This document shows, one piece after another, positions 47,188-55,998 of a stretch of DNA of 57,075 bases. Below the pieces are notes generated by a model, which saw only the letters and a program-made list of their open reading frames with translations, was not told the origin of the DNA and made no database searches. Numbering within the stretch: position 1 is the stretch's first letter; every line of letters starts with the position of its first letter. The position numbers and the translations under genes are program-made. Source of the stretch: Persephonella sp. (GTDB lineage: Bacteria; Aquificota; Aquificia; Aquificales; Hydrogenothermaceae); NCBI GenBank assembly GCA_027030485.1, contig JALVEY010000163.1, positions 1 through 57,075 on the forward strand. Reading direction: 5' to 3'.

Positions 47188-47547
47188 TTATTTAGTATCT
47201 AACTTTAAGATTAAATCTATAATTTTTTCTGTTTGTTCTTTGTTTACGCCATGTTGGGCAGGCATATACGCCATTTTCACCTTTATTTTGTATTTTTTTC
47301 CTATTTTCTGCCATTTCATCATGGACCCGCCTAAAACACTTTTTACCAGAGTTTCTTTTGCGTTAGGTTTCCCTTTATACTCTTTGGCTATTAATCTGTA
47401 TGGTGGTCCTGCCTTCACCTTATCAACAGCATGACATCCACTACATCCGTACTGTTTGGCTAATTTTTCAACCCCTTTGGCAGTGTCTGCTGAAACTCCA
47501 GTTATTACTACTCCAACTGCCACCGCTGCTAAAAGGAATTTTTTCAT
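47188..47547 (-). CDS. Monoheme cytochrome c (c551/c552-like) heading the nos operon
   Basis: Signal peptide, GCSGCH, GPPY, MPAQ. Confidence 0.9.
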   Translation of the reverse strand: MKKFLLAAVAVGVVITGVSADTAKGVEKLAKQYGCSGCHAVDKVKAGPPYRLIAKEYKGKPNAKETLVKSVLGGSMMKWQKIGKKYKIKVKMAYMPAQHGVNKEQTEKIIDLILKLDTK

Positions 47548-47608
47548 AGTTATACCTCCATTATCATTTGTTCCATAATCAAGTTAGTATCTATAAACCA
47601 TTCTTGCA

Positions 47609-47639
47609 TTGACAGACATCAAGGATTGATCCAGATTAA
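47609..47639. promoter_or_regulatory. Tandem FNR/DNR-type boxes
   Basis: TTGAC-agac-ATCAA (47609-47622) and TTGAT-ccag-ATTAA (47626-47639) between the nos operon and the regulator. Confidence 0.75.
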
Positions 47640-47709
47640 TTATGTTAATTTCTTCCCAAATTATTAATGAGTTTATAAATTTATTTAGCCCAACGGAGGG
47701 TTAAAACAG

Positions 47710-48336
47710 ATGCTGGATAAAATATTCAGTTCAGCCACAGCTGATCAGCTTAAAGTTCTTGAGAAAATATCCCTGCTGGAAGAAAAAAAGAAAGGAGATA
47801 TAATTTTCTTGGAGGGAGATAAACCTGATTTTGTTTATTACCTAATTAATGGTGTTGTGAAGATTTATAAAACAACAGCAAATAATGGTAAGGAAGTTAC
47901 CCTAAATTACATTTTACCAAAGGCTTTTATTGGAGAGTTTGCCGTTTTTAAAAGGATAGATTTTCCCTTTTCTGCGGAGATGGAAACAGATGGAGAAATT
48001 ATTAAGTTTAGATCAGATGAGTTTTTAAATCTTGTCAGAAAAAGTTCTGATTTATCTTTTGAGATAATCCAGTACATGGCAGATAAAATAAAGAAAAATT
48101 ACGAGTACTGTGAAAATCTTGTTGAAAAAAATGTTAGAAAAAAGATAGCAAAATTTTTAAAAGAGCATGAGGATCTTTTTTTTAAATTGAACAAAAATAA
48201 GATAGCATCAATACTGAATGTTACACCTGAAACATTTTCAAGAACTCTTAAGGAAATGAAAAAGGAAGGTCTTATAATAGAAAGAACTGTTGTTAAAATA
48301 AATAGGGAAAAACTGGAAGATATACTGATTGAATGA
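47710..48336 (+). CDS. Crp/Fnr family regulator (DNR/NssR-like)
   Basis: cNMP-binding fold (IIFLEGD, VKIYK, FIGE), HTH TPETFSR; no N-terminal Cys cluster. Confidence 0.9.
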   Translation: MLDKIFSSATADQLKVLEKISLLEEKKKGDIIFLEGDKPDFVYYLINGVVKIYKTTANNGKEVTLNYILPKAFIGEFAVFKRIDFPFSAEMETDGEIIKFRSDEFLNLVRKSSDLSFEIIQYMADKIKKNYEYCENLVEKNVRKKIAKFLKEHEDLFFKLNKNKIASILNVTPETFSRTLKEMKKEGLIIERTVVKINREKLEDILIE

Positions 48337-48746
48337 TGGGAATAAAAACCCCTTATTTGGCTGTTGACGGAATTATCCAGCTTTTTGGTCAGAATGATAA
48401 TTTTAGAGGTATCGTTTTGATAGAGAGAAAAAATCCCCCTTTAGGTCTTGCCATTCCAGGTGGTTTTGTTGATGTGGGGGAAACAGTAGAACAGGCTGTT
48501 GTCAGAGAGATGAAAGAAGAAACAGATCTGGATGTGGAGATAATCAGGCTTTTGGGAGTATACTCAGATCCTCAAAGGGATCCACGGTTTCATACGGTTT
48601 CTATAGCTTTTGTTTGTAAAGCTTATGGAATTCCAAAAGCTAAAAGTGATGCCAAAAAAGTAAATATTTATAGACTTGAGGATATACCTTTTGACAGACT
48701 TGTTTTTGATCATAAAAAAATACTAATGGATTTTCTTCTAAGGTAA
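48333..48746 (+). CDS. NUDIX hydrolase
   Basis: PGGFVDVGETVEQAVVREMKEET Nudix box; RDPR, FDH. Confidence 0.92.
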   Translation: MMGIKTPYLAVDGIIQLFGQNDNFRGIVLIERKNPPLGLAIPGGFVDVGETVEQAVVREMKEETDLDVEIIRLLGVYSDPQRDPRFHTVSIAFVCKAYGIPKAKSDAKKVNIYRLEDIPFDRLVFDHKKILMDFLLR

Positions 48747-48752
48747 TTTTTG

Positions 48753-50732
48753 TTATTCTTTGTGATATTTTTTAAGCAGATTTTCTATCGGTTCTGGTTT
48801 TCCAAAATAAAAGCCTTGCGAGTAATCAACTCCTAATTTTGATAAGATTTCATAAATATTCCTGTTCTCGACAAATTCTGCGATAGTTTTTAACCTTTGT
48901 CTTTTTGCAAAAAGAACTATAGTTTCAATAAGATTAAGGGAAAATCTGTTGTTTTGTATATTTTTGACCAAACTACCATCAATCTTGAGCATGTCAGGAT
49001 AATAATTAAGAAGTCTTTCAAAGTTTGAGTATCCGCTTCCAAAATCGTCTATAGCTATTTTAACCCCTAATTTCTTTACATACTTTAAAAAATTTTCTAC
49101 TACTTTGAAATCCTTAATGTTTTCGTCTTCTAAAATTTCAAATGTTATTTTATCTGTAAGGCTTTTGTTTTTTTCTATTAAGGAGATAATCTGTGATCTT
49201 ATATTATCTTTTTCTATATCAATCATTGATAGATTTATGCTTATTTCTTTGTTCAATAGCTTGATGGCTTCTATAGCCTGCTCTACAACGGAGGATGTGA
49301 TATGGGGATAATATTTTGTTTTTTTTGCAAGGTCTATAAAATAAGAGGGGGACACAACCTCTCCATTCTCTTTTATTAATCTTATTAAAGATTCATATTT
49401 GATTATTTTTCCAGATTTATTGCTTACTATAGGTTGAAAGTAAAGCATTATTCTATTTTTCTCAATGGAGGATTTTATTAGTTTTAAGATCCTTAAGTTT
49501 TTTTCTGCTTCTTCTTTTATTTTTGTTTCAAGTTCGTTTGCCATAATAAAATCTGTGTTAATTTTGTCCATCTGGGTCAGGGCATACTTTGCTATTTTAT
49601 AAGCATTTTTACCATAAGCAATGCTAACGCTAATATCTAATTCGTAGTCAAGCATTTCTGAACTGGCTTTCTGAATTTTTTCCTGAAGATCTCTGAGATT
49701 ATTAATAGTCATTTTGATTATCCTGTTGTTTATCTGTTTTATATCTTTTGCAAGAACAAACTCACCGTCTCCAAAATTAACTATCTCATTAAAGCTACAT
49801 TTTTCAGGAATATTTTTTGTTATGAGGCTGAGAATTTTGTTTTCTATATCCTGTATGGTTTTAATATCGTAAATTTTTTCAATATATTTGAAATTGTCTA
49901 TGTTTATTATCGCTACTATAGAGTTATTTTTAGATACAAGTATGTTTTCTAACTTTTTTCTGGGGTTCATAATCTGTGTAATATCCTTTCTGATAGAAAT
50001 ATATTCTTTTATTTCCCCATTCTTATCAAAAATAGGTGTTATTACTGTATCCACATAATAAGTGGATCTGTCTTTTGCTCTGTTTTTTACAATACCTTTC
50101 CATGTTCTTTTTTCCTCTTTTATAACCTTCCACATATTCTTAAAAAAAGTTTTTGGTACATCTGGATGTCTTACGATGTTGTGTGGTTTTCCAATAAGCT
50201 CCTGTTTTGAGTATTTTGATATATCACAGAACTTTTGGTTTACATATGTTATAATTCCTCTGGGATCTGTCTTTGTTACGATAAATAGCCTGTCTACCGC
50301 TTCCTGATACTGTTTCAAAAGGTTTATATTGTTTTCAAGCTCTCTTTTAAGTGATAGCCTTTCTGTTATTTTTTTTAATGTTTCTTCCAGTTGGTTGAGA
50401 TTGATAGGTTTAAAGATATAGCCATCTATACCAATTTTTATGCTTTCTATTAAATATTCTGTATCGGTGTGAGCTGACAAAATTATGATAGGAATATCTT
50501 TGTCTTTTTTTCTTATTTCTTTTGTAAAGTCAATACCAGATAGGAGAGGTATACTTATGTCTGTTATTATAAGATCAGGGTTTTCTTTTTTGTACAGAAG
50601 CAAGGCTTCTTCGCCATCTCCAGCAACAATCACTTTGTTAAAAAATTTATTGAGGATGGGAATTGTTTCTTTTCTGGTCTGTTCTGAGTTTTCGACATAT
50701 AGTAATTTTAGATCCTTTGTTTGATAATGCAT
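48753..50732 (-). CDS. REC-PAS-degenerate GGDEF-EAL protein (c-di-GMP phosphodiesterase)
   Basis: REC (ITDI, KP), PAS (NIVRHPD), GDGEF replacing GGDEF, EAL domain (FQPI, ESLIR, DDFGSGYS, KIDGS, QGFY). Confidence 0.9.
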   Translation of the reverse strand: MHYQTKDLKLLYVENSEQTRKETIPILNKFFNKVIVAGDGEEALLLYKKENPDLIITDISIPLLSGIDFTKEIRKKDKDIPIIILSAHTDTEYLIESIKIGIDGYIFKPINLNQLEETLKKITERLSLKRELENNINLLKQYQEAVDRLFIVTKTDPRGIITYVNQKFCDISKYSKQELIGKPHNIVRHPDVPKTFFKNMWKVIKEEKRTWKGIVKNRAKDRSTYYVDTVITPIFDKNGEIKEYISIRKDITQIMNPRKKLENILVSKNNSIVAIINIDNFKYIEKIYDIKTIQDIENKILSLITKNIPEKCSFNEIVNFGDGEFVLAKDIKQINNRIIKMTINNLRDLQEKIQKASSEMLDYELDISVSIAYGKNAYKIAKYALTQMDKINTDFIMANELETKIKEEAEKNLRILKLIKSSIEKNRIMLYFQPIVSNKSGKIIKYESLIRLIKENGEVVSPSYFIDLAKKTKYYPHITSSVVEQAIEAIKLLNKEISINLSMIDIEKDNIRSQIISLIEKNKSLTDKITFEILEDENIKDFKVVENFLKYVKKLGVKIAIDDFGSGYSNFERLLNYYPDMLKIDGSLVKNIQNNRFSLNLIETIVLFAKRQRLKTIAEFVENRNIYEILSKLGVDYSQGFYFGKPEPIENLLKKYHKE

Positions 50733-50849
50733 AAATTTTTATAGCCCACCGTTATTAATATAAGCCTAATATAAATAATTATTAATAACTTTGCAACCTC
50801 TGACATCTGTCTTAAACTTTATGAACAAAAATTTATCTGGAGGTTTAAT

Positions 50850-51059
50850 ATGGATTTAAAGGTAAAATACAGAGGAAAAGAACAAGTTATAAGAATAGAT
50901 AAAAAGAGAGTAAGGGCTATAGATATACTTAAGGCTCTTGGTTTGTCTTCAGAATATGCCTTTGTTATTAAAAATGGTGAACTTGTTCAGGAAGATGAAC
51001 TGATCAATCCTGAGGATGATATAAAAGTAGTCAATGCGATTTCAGGTGGAAAAATCTAA
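50850..51059 (+). CDS. MoaD/ThiS-family sulfur carrier (TtuB-like)
   Basis: 69 aa; KNGELV and VVNAISGG followed by KI; close to ttuA. Confidence 0.8.
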   Translation: MDLKVKYRGKEQVIRIDKKRVRAIDILKALGLSSEYAFVIKNGELVQEDELINPEDDIKVVNAISGGKI

Positions 51060-51074
51060 TTAAAACCAACAACT

Positions 51075-51101
51075 TAAAAACTGAACGAATTATAACGATA
51101 A
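51075..51101 (+). promoter_or_regulatory. Sigma28 (FliA)-like promoter
   Basis: TAAA-N15-aaCGATAA versus consensus TAAA-N15-GCCGATAA, 30 bp before the ATG at 51132. Confidence 0.5.
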
Positions 51102-51131
51102 TAAACTCTAAAACTGTCTAAAGGTCTTAAA

Positions 51132-52091
51132 ATGAAGATAGACGAACATAATATTGATCTGACTTTAGATAGCAGAAATATAAACTTTTCCTTTGAAAAT
51201 GTATCTATAAAAGTTATAACACAAAATAATGATCAACTTAATGAAGTTAACATATCTGTACAAAGACTAAAACTTGACATATCAAAAATAGATCTTTCAA
51301 AAGGAAGTAAAACATCTGAAGAATTAGAATCTTTATTAATAAGCATCCTGATAGAAAAAATAACAGGTAAAAAAATAAAAGTAGTATCTCTTTCTAATCT
51401 AAGAAAAAGTATTTCCGAAATTGAGCCTGTAGATGTACCACAAACAGGTATGGAATTGGATTACAGAAAAGTCAGCTATCAGGAGGATTATGTCAAATTT
51501 CAGGCTGAAGGCTACATTAAAACAAAAGACGGCAGACAGGTTAAATTTGTCCTTTCTTTTGAAATCAGCAGATCGGAACTTCAGGTGGAGCACCTTAATG
51601 TTAAAGCTGGAAACCTTGCAGTTGTTGATCCTCTTATTATTAATTTTGACGGGGATATATCTGATCTTCTGTCTGACAAATACTTTGAGTTTGATATAAA
51701 CAGCGACGGGAAAAATGAACATATACCTCTTTTAAGAGAGGGAAGAGGTTTTCTTGTTTTTGACAAAAATGGGAACGGCAGGATTGACAACGGCAGTGAG
51801 CTTTTTGGTACAAAAACAGGAGATGGTTTCAAGGAACTCTCAGGATACGACGAGGACAGAAACAGCTGGATAGACGAAAATGACAGTATATTCAGCAGAC
51901 TTGGTGTATGGATCAAAACCCCATCACATGACAGAATTTACAGCCTGAAGGACTTAGGGGTGGGGGCAGTATATCTGAAAAACTTAAAAACATATTTCCC
52001 ATATAAAAACGGTCAGCTTTCCCAGTCTGGGATATACCTTAAGGAAAATCTTGATGTTGGCTTTGTATCAAAGGTTGACTTTAAGGTGTAA
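51132..52091 (+). CDS. Hypothetical protein with Dx[DN]xDG Ca-binding-like loops
   Basis: DPLIINFDG, FDINSDG, DKNGNGRIDNGSELFG and DEDRNSWIDEND motifs; no signal peptide. Confidence 0.75.
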   Translation: MKIDEHNIDLTLDSRNINFSFENVSIKVITQNNDQLNEVNISVQRLKLDISKIDLSKGSKTSEELESLLISILIEKITGKKIKVVSLSNLRKSISEIEPVDVPQTGMELDYRKVSYQEDYVKFQAEGYIKTKDGRQVKFVLSFEISRSELQVEHLNVKAGNLAVVDPLIINFDGDISDLLSDKYFEFDINSDGKNEHIPLLREGRGFLVFDKNGNGRIDNGSELFGTKTGDGFKELSGYDEDRNSWIDENDSIFSRLGVWIKTPSHDRIYSLKDLGVGAVYLKNLKTYFPYKNGQLSQSGIYLKENLDVGFVSKVDFKV

Positions 52092-52160
52092 AAAACCAAT
52101 ATTTGAAATCTCTTCACAAAATATATAATTATTTTTTCAAAAAGATTTACAGGAGTTCAA

Positions 52161-53090
52161 ATGCAAAAACTGAAAAAAGGAACCAGATGCACCGTTTGTA
52201 AGGCGAAAGGGCAGAAGGATAAGGCTGTTGTTTTCCTTCCACACCACAGGCTTGCCCTGTGTAAAAAACATTTTGTTGACTGGTTTGAAAAAAGAGTTGA
52301 AAAAACAGTAAAAGAGTTCAGAATGTTCTCAAAAAAAGACAGAATACTTGTGGCTGTTTCCGGAGGTAAAGACAGCCTGTCTCTGTGGAACGCCCTTGTA
52401 AAGCTTGGGTATGAGGCAGATGGGTTTTATATAGACCTTGGGATTGATGAGTATTCACAGGACAGCAAGAGGCTTTCACTCCAGTTTGCACAAAAAGTGG
52501 GAAAAACCCTTCATATCGTTTCACTTAAAGATGAGATAGCACCTATACCACAGATAGACAGAGCAACAAACAGACCTGCCTGCTCAGCCTGCGGAACTGT
52601 AAAGAGATACTACATGAACAGGTATGCAAAAAAATTAGGCTATAACATAATAGCCACAGGACACAACCTTGATGACGAGGCTGCAGTTTTATTCGGGAAT
52701 ACCCTCCACTGGGATATTGATTATCTAAAAAGACAGTATCCTGTTTTGAAGGAGGAAGGAGGATTTATAAGAAAGGTAAAGCCTCTGTGCAAAATCACAG
52801 AAAAGGAGTCAGCCCTTTATGCGTTTTTTAATGGTATTGAGTATATTGAGTATGAATGCCCATTTTCTGAAGGAGCTTCATCAATTGAGTACAAAGAGAT
52901 ACTTTCACAGCTGGAGGAGAAACACCCGGGAACAAAACTACAGTTTTATACAAACTTTTTAAAAAAGATGTATCCTGTTCTAAAACAGCATGAACAAAAA
53001 GAACAGCTAAAAACCTGTGTTGTATGTGGAGAACCTTCATTTACAGATATATGCAGTGTCTGCAAGCTCAGAGAAAAGGTAAGATCTTAG
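52161..53090 (+). CDS. ttuA: tRNA-5-methyluridine(54) 2-sulfurtransferase TtuA
   Basis: N- and C-terminal Zn fingers, SGGKDS PP-loop, CSAC, TGHNLDDE, ECPF. Confidence 0.85.
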   Translation: MQKLKKGTRCTVCKAKGQKDKAVVFLPHHRLALCKKHFVDWFEKRVEKTVKEFRMFSKKDRILVAVSGGKDSLSLWNALVKLGYEADGFYIDLGIDEYSQDSKRLSLQFAQKVGKTLHIVSLKDEIAPIPQIDRATNRPACSACGTVKRYYMNRYAKKLGYNIIATGHNLDDEAAVLFGNTLHWDIDYLKRQYPVLKEEGGFIRKVKPLCKITEKESALYAFFNGIEYIEYECPFSEGASSIEYKEILSQLEEKHPGTKLQFYTNFLKKMYPVLKQHEQKEQLKTCVVCGEPSFTDICSVCKLREKVRS

Positions 53091-53111
53091 CATCTTTCAC
53101 GCATATTTTAT

Positions 53112-53140
53112 TTGAAAATTGGACTAAAAACTTATATTAT
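53112..53140 (+). promoter_or_regulatory. Sigma70-type promoter
   Basis: TTGAAA-17 bp-TATTAT upstream of the chaperedoxin gene. Confidence 0.45.
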
Positions 53141-53174
53141 CTATATATACGAATACTGTAAAAGGAGGTAAAAA

Positions 53175-53993
53175 ATGGGTCTGATATACGATGTTACAGA
53201 TGAAAACTTTGAGGAGATAGTTGTTGAAAAATCTTATGAAAGACCTGTTGTTATAGATTTCTGGGCTCCCTGGTGTGGACCCTGCAGGGTTTTAAAACCG
53301 CTTTTAGAAAAGCTCTCAGGGGAGTACGGCTTTGTTCTTGCAAAAATAAACACAGATGAAAATCCACACATAGCACAGGAGTTTGGTGTAAGCGGAATAC
53401 CTGATGTGAGGATATTCATGAACGGAAAAGAGGTTGAAAGGTTTGTAGGTGCGCTACCTGAACCTAAGCTGAGAGAGGTTCTGTCAAAATACATAAAATC
53501 TGAGGCAGATAAACTACTTGATCAGGCAAAAATGGAGTTTATGGCAGGAAATCTGTCTAAGGCAGAGGAGATTTATGAGAATCTTCTTAATGAATACCCT
53601 GAAAACAAAAAAATATCAATTGAAGCTGCCCAGTTTTTTATTAGAGAGGGAAGACTTGATAAGGCTCAGGAACTTTTAAACTCCATAAAAGAGTACCACA
53701 AAGAGTACTTCTCAAAAGCTCAGGCATTAAAGGAGCTTATAAATTTTAAAAGCTGGTGTGAAGAGATGAAACCTGAGAATGAGCTTGACAAACTGCTTAA
53801 AGAGGGGGCATGTCTTACCCTTCAGGAGAAATATAAGGAAGCCCTTGATAAATTCCTGAAGGTTGTTCAGCTTGATAAAAAATACAAAGATGAGGCAGGA
53901 AGAAAATCAATGGTTGCTGTCTTTAACCTCTTAGGTGAGAGCAGTCCTCTGACGAAAGAGTACAGAAAGAAACTTGCCATGTGGCTTTATTAA
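53175..53993 (+). CDS. cnoX: Thioredoxin-TPR chaperedoxin (CnoX/YbbN)
   Basis: DFWAPWCGPC, TPR helices, C-terminal YRKKLAMWLY. Confidence 0.88.
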   Translation: MGLIYDVTDENFEEIVVEKSYERPVVIDFWAPWCGPCRVLKPLLEKLSGEYGFVLAKINTDENPHIAQEFGVSGIPDVRIFMNGKEVERFVGALPEPKLREVLSKYIKSEADKLLDQAKMEFMAGNLSKAEEIYENLLNEYPENKKISIEAAQFFIREGRLDKAQELLNSIKEYHKEYFSKAQALKELINFKSWCEEMKPENELDKLLKEGACLTLQEKYKEALDKFLKVVQLDKKYKDEAGRKSMVAVFNLLGESSPLTKEYRKKLAMWLY

Positions 53994-54001
53994 GGTGGAT
54001 T

Positions 54002-54604
54002 ATGTTTAAGTTTGTTGCCTTTTTTCTTATTGTTTTTTCTTTTTCTTTTGGAGGAGTTTTAGATGACCTTCAGGAAAAACTGAAAGATGTCTCATCAATA
54101 CAGGCAGACTTTTTCCAGAGAACATACATGCCTGATCTTGAACAGCCTGAGGAGTTTAAAGGAAAAATATTTATAACAAAAGATCAGAAGATAAAAATAA
54201 TTTATGAAAAGCCAATAAAACAGATCTATTTCTTAGATAAAGATCAGCTAACAATTTACACCCCAGAAGACAAACAGGTTATCAAGTCTAACCTGACAGA
54301 TCAGTTTTTCCTGCTGAGGATATTCAGGGCTTTTATATCAGAGGAAGGGCTTAAATCACTTTTTAATGTTGAAAAAGAAGTTTCAAAAGGGGATTTTATT
54401 GATCTGATTTTAAGGGTAAAGGGCAAATCACGGATAAAAAATGTTGAGTTAATTCTTAAAAAAAATTTAACAGTTGACCAGATGATTGTGTGGGATAAAG
54501 AGGGGAACAGGATGGAGATAAGTTTTTATGATTTTAAATATAGTAAAAAACCTCTGAAATTGTACATTAATATCCCTAAAGATGTGGAGATAATATATTA
54601 TTGA
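54002..54604 (+). CDS. lolA: Outer-membrane lipoprotein carrier LolA
   Basis: Signal peptide; ADFFQ, YEKP..Q and YTPEDKQV patterns. Confidence 0.75.
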   Translation: MFKFVAFFLIVFSFSFGGVLDDLQEKLKDVSSIQADFFQRTYMPDLEQPEEFKGKIFITKDQKIKIIYEKPIKQIYFLDKDQLTIYTPEDKQVIKSNLTDQFFLLRIFRAFISEEGLKSLFNVEKEVSKGDFIDLILRVKGKSRIKNVELILKKNLTVDQMIVWDKEGNRMEISFYDFKYSKKPLKLYINIPKDVEIIYY

Positions 54605-54616
54605 AGGGATTGAAAT

Positions 54617-55063
54617 ATGAGTATAGGCAGGGTTATTTTTTTCTCAATTTTAATTTTTACGCTTTTCACAATCCTGTCATTCTTTGTCCTGCCGAAAAAA
54701 TACGCTGTTTCACTTGGTATAATTGATACATCTGTTATTATTTTTGCATTTCTTGTATGGCTGAATGACAAATATTTTCATGAAAGGTTAGGGCAGAGGG
54801 TTTTTTCCATATCAGACAAAAAGTTTGTTGATGATGTTGTTGTCCGGCAGATGAACATGCATGGCGTAACAGAGGTTGTAAAAAAGGAAAACATTATTGA
54901 GTTTTACAAGAAAGGCCACAAAACAGGACAGGTCAGATTCAAAACAGATGAAAAAGGAGACCCTGTCATTATTGACGGTAAATATATAATAGAGATAGAA
55001 GCACCAGAGTACATACTCCACAATATAGACCATGAAACATGGAGCATTATAGGGAAAAGATGA
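54617..55063 (+). CDS. Hypothetical membrane protein (two TMs)
   Basis: Operon-like spacing; two hydrophobic helices followed by a soluble domain. Confidence 0.65.
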   Translation: MSIGRVIFFSILIFTLFTILSFFVLPKKYAVSLGIIDTSVIIFAFLVWLNDKYFHERLGQRVFSISDKKFVDDVVVRQMNMHGVTEVVKKENIIEFYKKGHKTGQVRFKTDEKGDPVIIDGKYIIEIEAPEYILHNIDHETWSIIGKR

Positions 55064-55350
55064 ATCTGCAGCATACAGGAAAAACAAGTATAGAGGAGAT
55101 TGTAAAACAGCTTGAATCAGAAGGGTATTCTAATATCTTCACATGGTGCGATGAAGCAGGTTCATTTTATGACTGGCACACCCACCCATATCAGGAAGTA
55201 AGATGGGTTTATAAAGGAGAGATCCTGATGGGAACAGAAGAAGGTGAGGTAATTTTGAGAGCGGGCGACAGACTTGACCTTCCAGCAGGAACAAGGCACT
55301 GGGCAAGGACAGAAACAGGCGTGTGTTACGTGTGCGGAAGTAAAAAGTAG
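55060..55350 (+). CDS. Cupin domain protein
   Basis: WHTHPYQE and GD..LPAGTRH cupin motifs; ATGA overlap with the upstream gene. Confidence 0.85.
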   Translation: MNLQHTGKTSIEEIVKQLESEGYSNIFTWCDEAGSFYDWHTHPYQEVRWVYKGEILMGTEEGEVILRAGDRLDLPAGTRHWARTETGVCYVCGSKK

Positions 55351-55359
55351 GAGGAAAAA

Positions 55360-55620
55360 ATGACAAAAGAGGAAAAGCAGAGGATAGATGAGCTTGTTAT
55401 GAAAACCTTTACCCTTGCTTATGAGCTTGGGACAAACCTTGACGAGCTTCACAAACAGTTCAGACAGCTCAGATTCAGCACAAAAGATAGAGATCTTGAG
55501 GCTGCTATAATAAACCTTGAGCATGCATTTTTTATGACAGCCCAATCAATAAACATACTAAAAGAACAGACGAGAAATGCTCTTATACCTCTGAGAAAAG
55601 CCCACACATGTGAGGAATAG
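55360..55620 (+). CDS. Hypothetical helical protein
   Basis: AGGAGG RBS; 86 aa; operon spacing. Confidence 0.7.
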   Translation: MTKEEKQRIDELVMKTFTLAYELGTNLDELHKQFRQLRFSTKDRDLEAAIINLEHAFFMTAQSINILKEQTRNALIPLRKAHTCEE

Positions 55621-55998
55621 ATGGAAAGAAAAATACCAACCGTTTTTCTGAAAGCATATGAGCTTATTGATGAGAACACAATGGATAAACTTCCAGATAT
55701 TGAAACACCCCTGATGCTTGTGGAACAGGTTGAGAACTTTAAAGAAAATGTTTTCTGGGTAAAGATCAGAAATCTGTGGACTTTGATAGGTAAAATTCCC
55801 CCCTTGAAGCCTACTGAAGGAGATATAGTTCTTTTCAGGGAAAAAGGTCAGTGGGGACTGTTTAAGTATATTGGAGAAGAGGAGGGAAAAGTTGTACTGA
55901 GAGACGGTAAAGATGAGAGGACAACAAAGGTTCCAAAAGATGTCGTTGAGGCTCTTGAACTTTTTGGAAAAGTTATGAGGGTTCAGGAAAGGGTATGA
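55621..55998 (+). CDS. Hypothetical protein
   Basis: Abuts both neighbours. C-terminal GDIVLF..GKV.RV weakly recalls an S24-like beta domain. Confidence 0.65.
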   Translation: MERKIPTVFLKAYELIDENTMDKLPDIETPLMLVEQVENFKENVFWVKIRNLWTLIGKIPPLKPTEGDIVLFREKGQWGLFKYIGEEEGKVVLRDGKDERTTKVPKDVVEALELFGKVMRVQERV

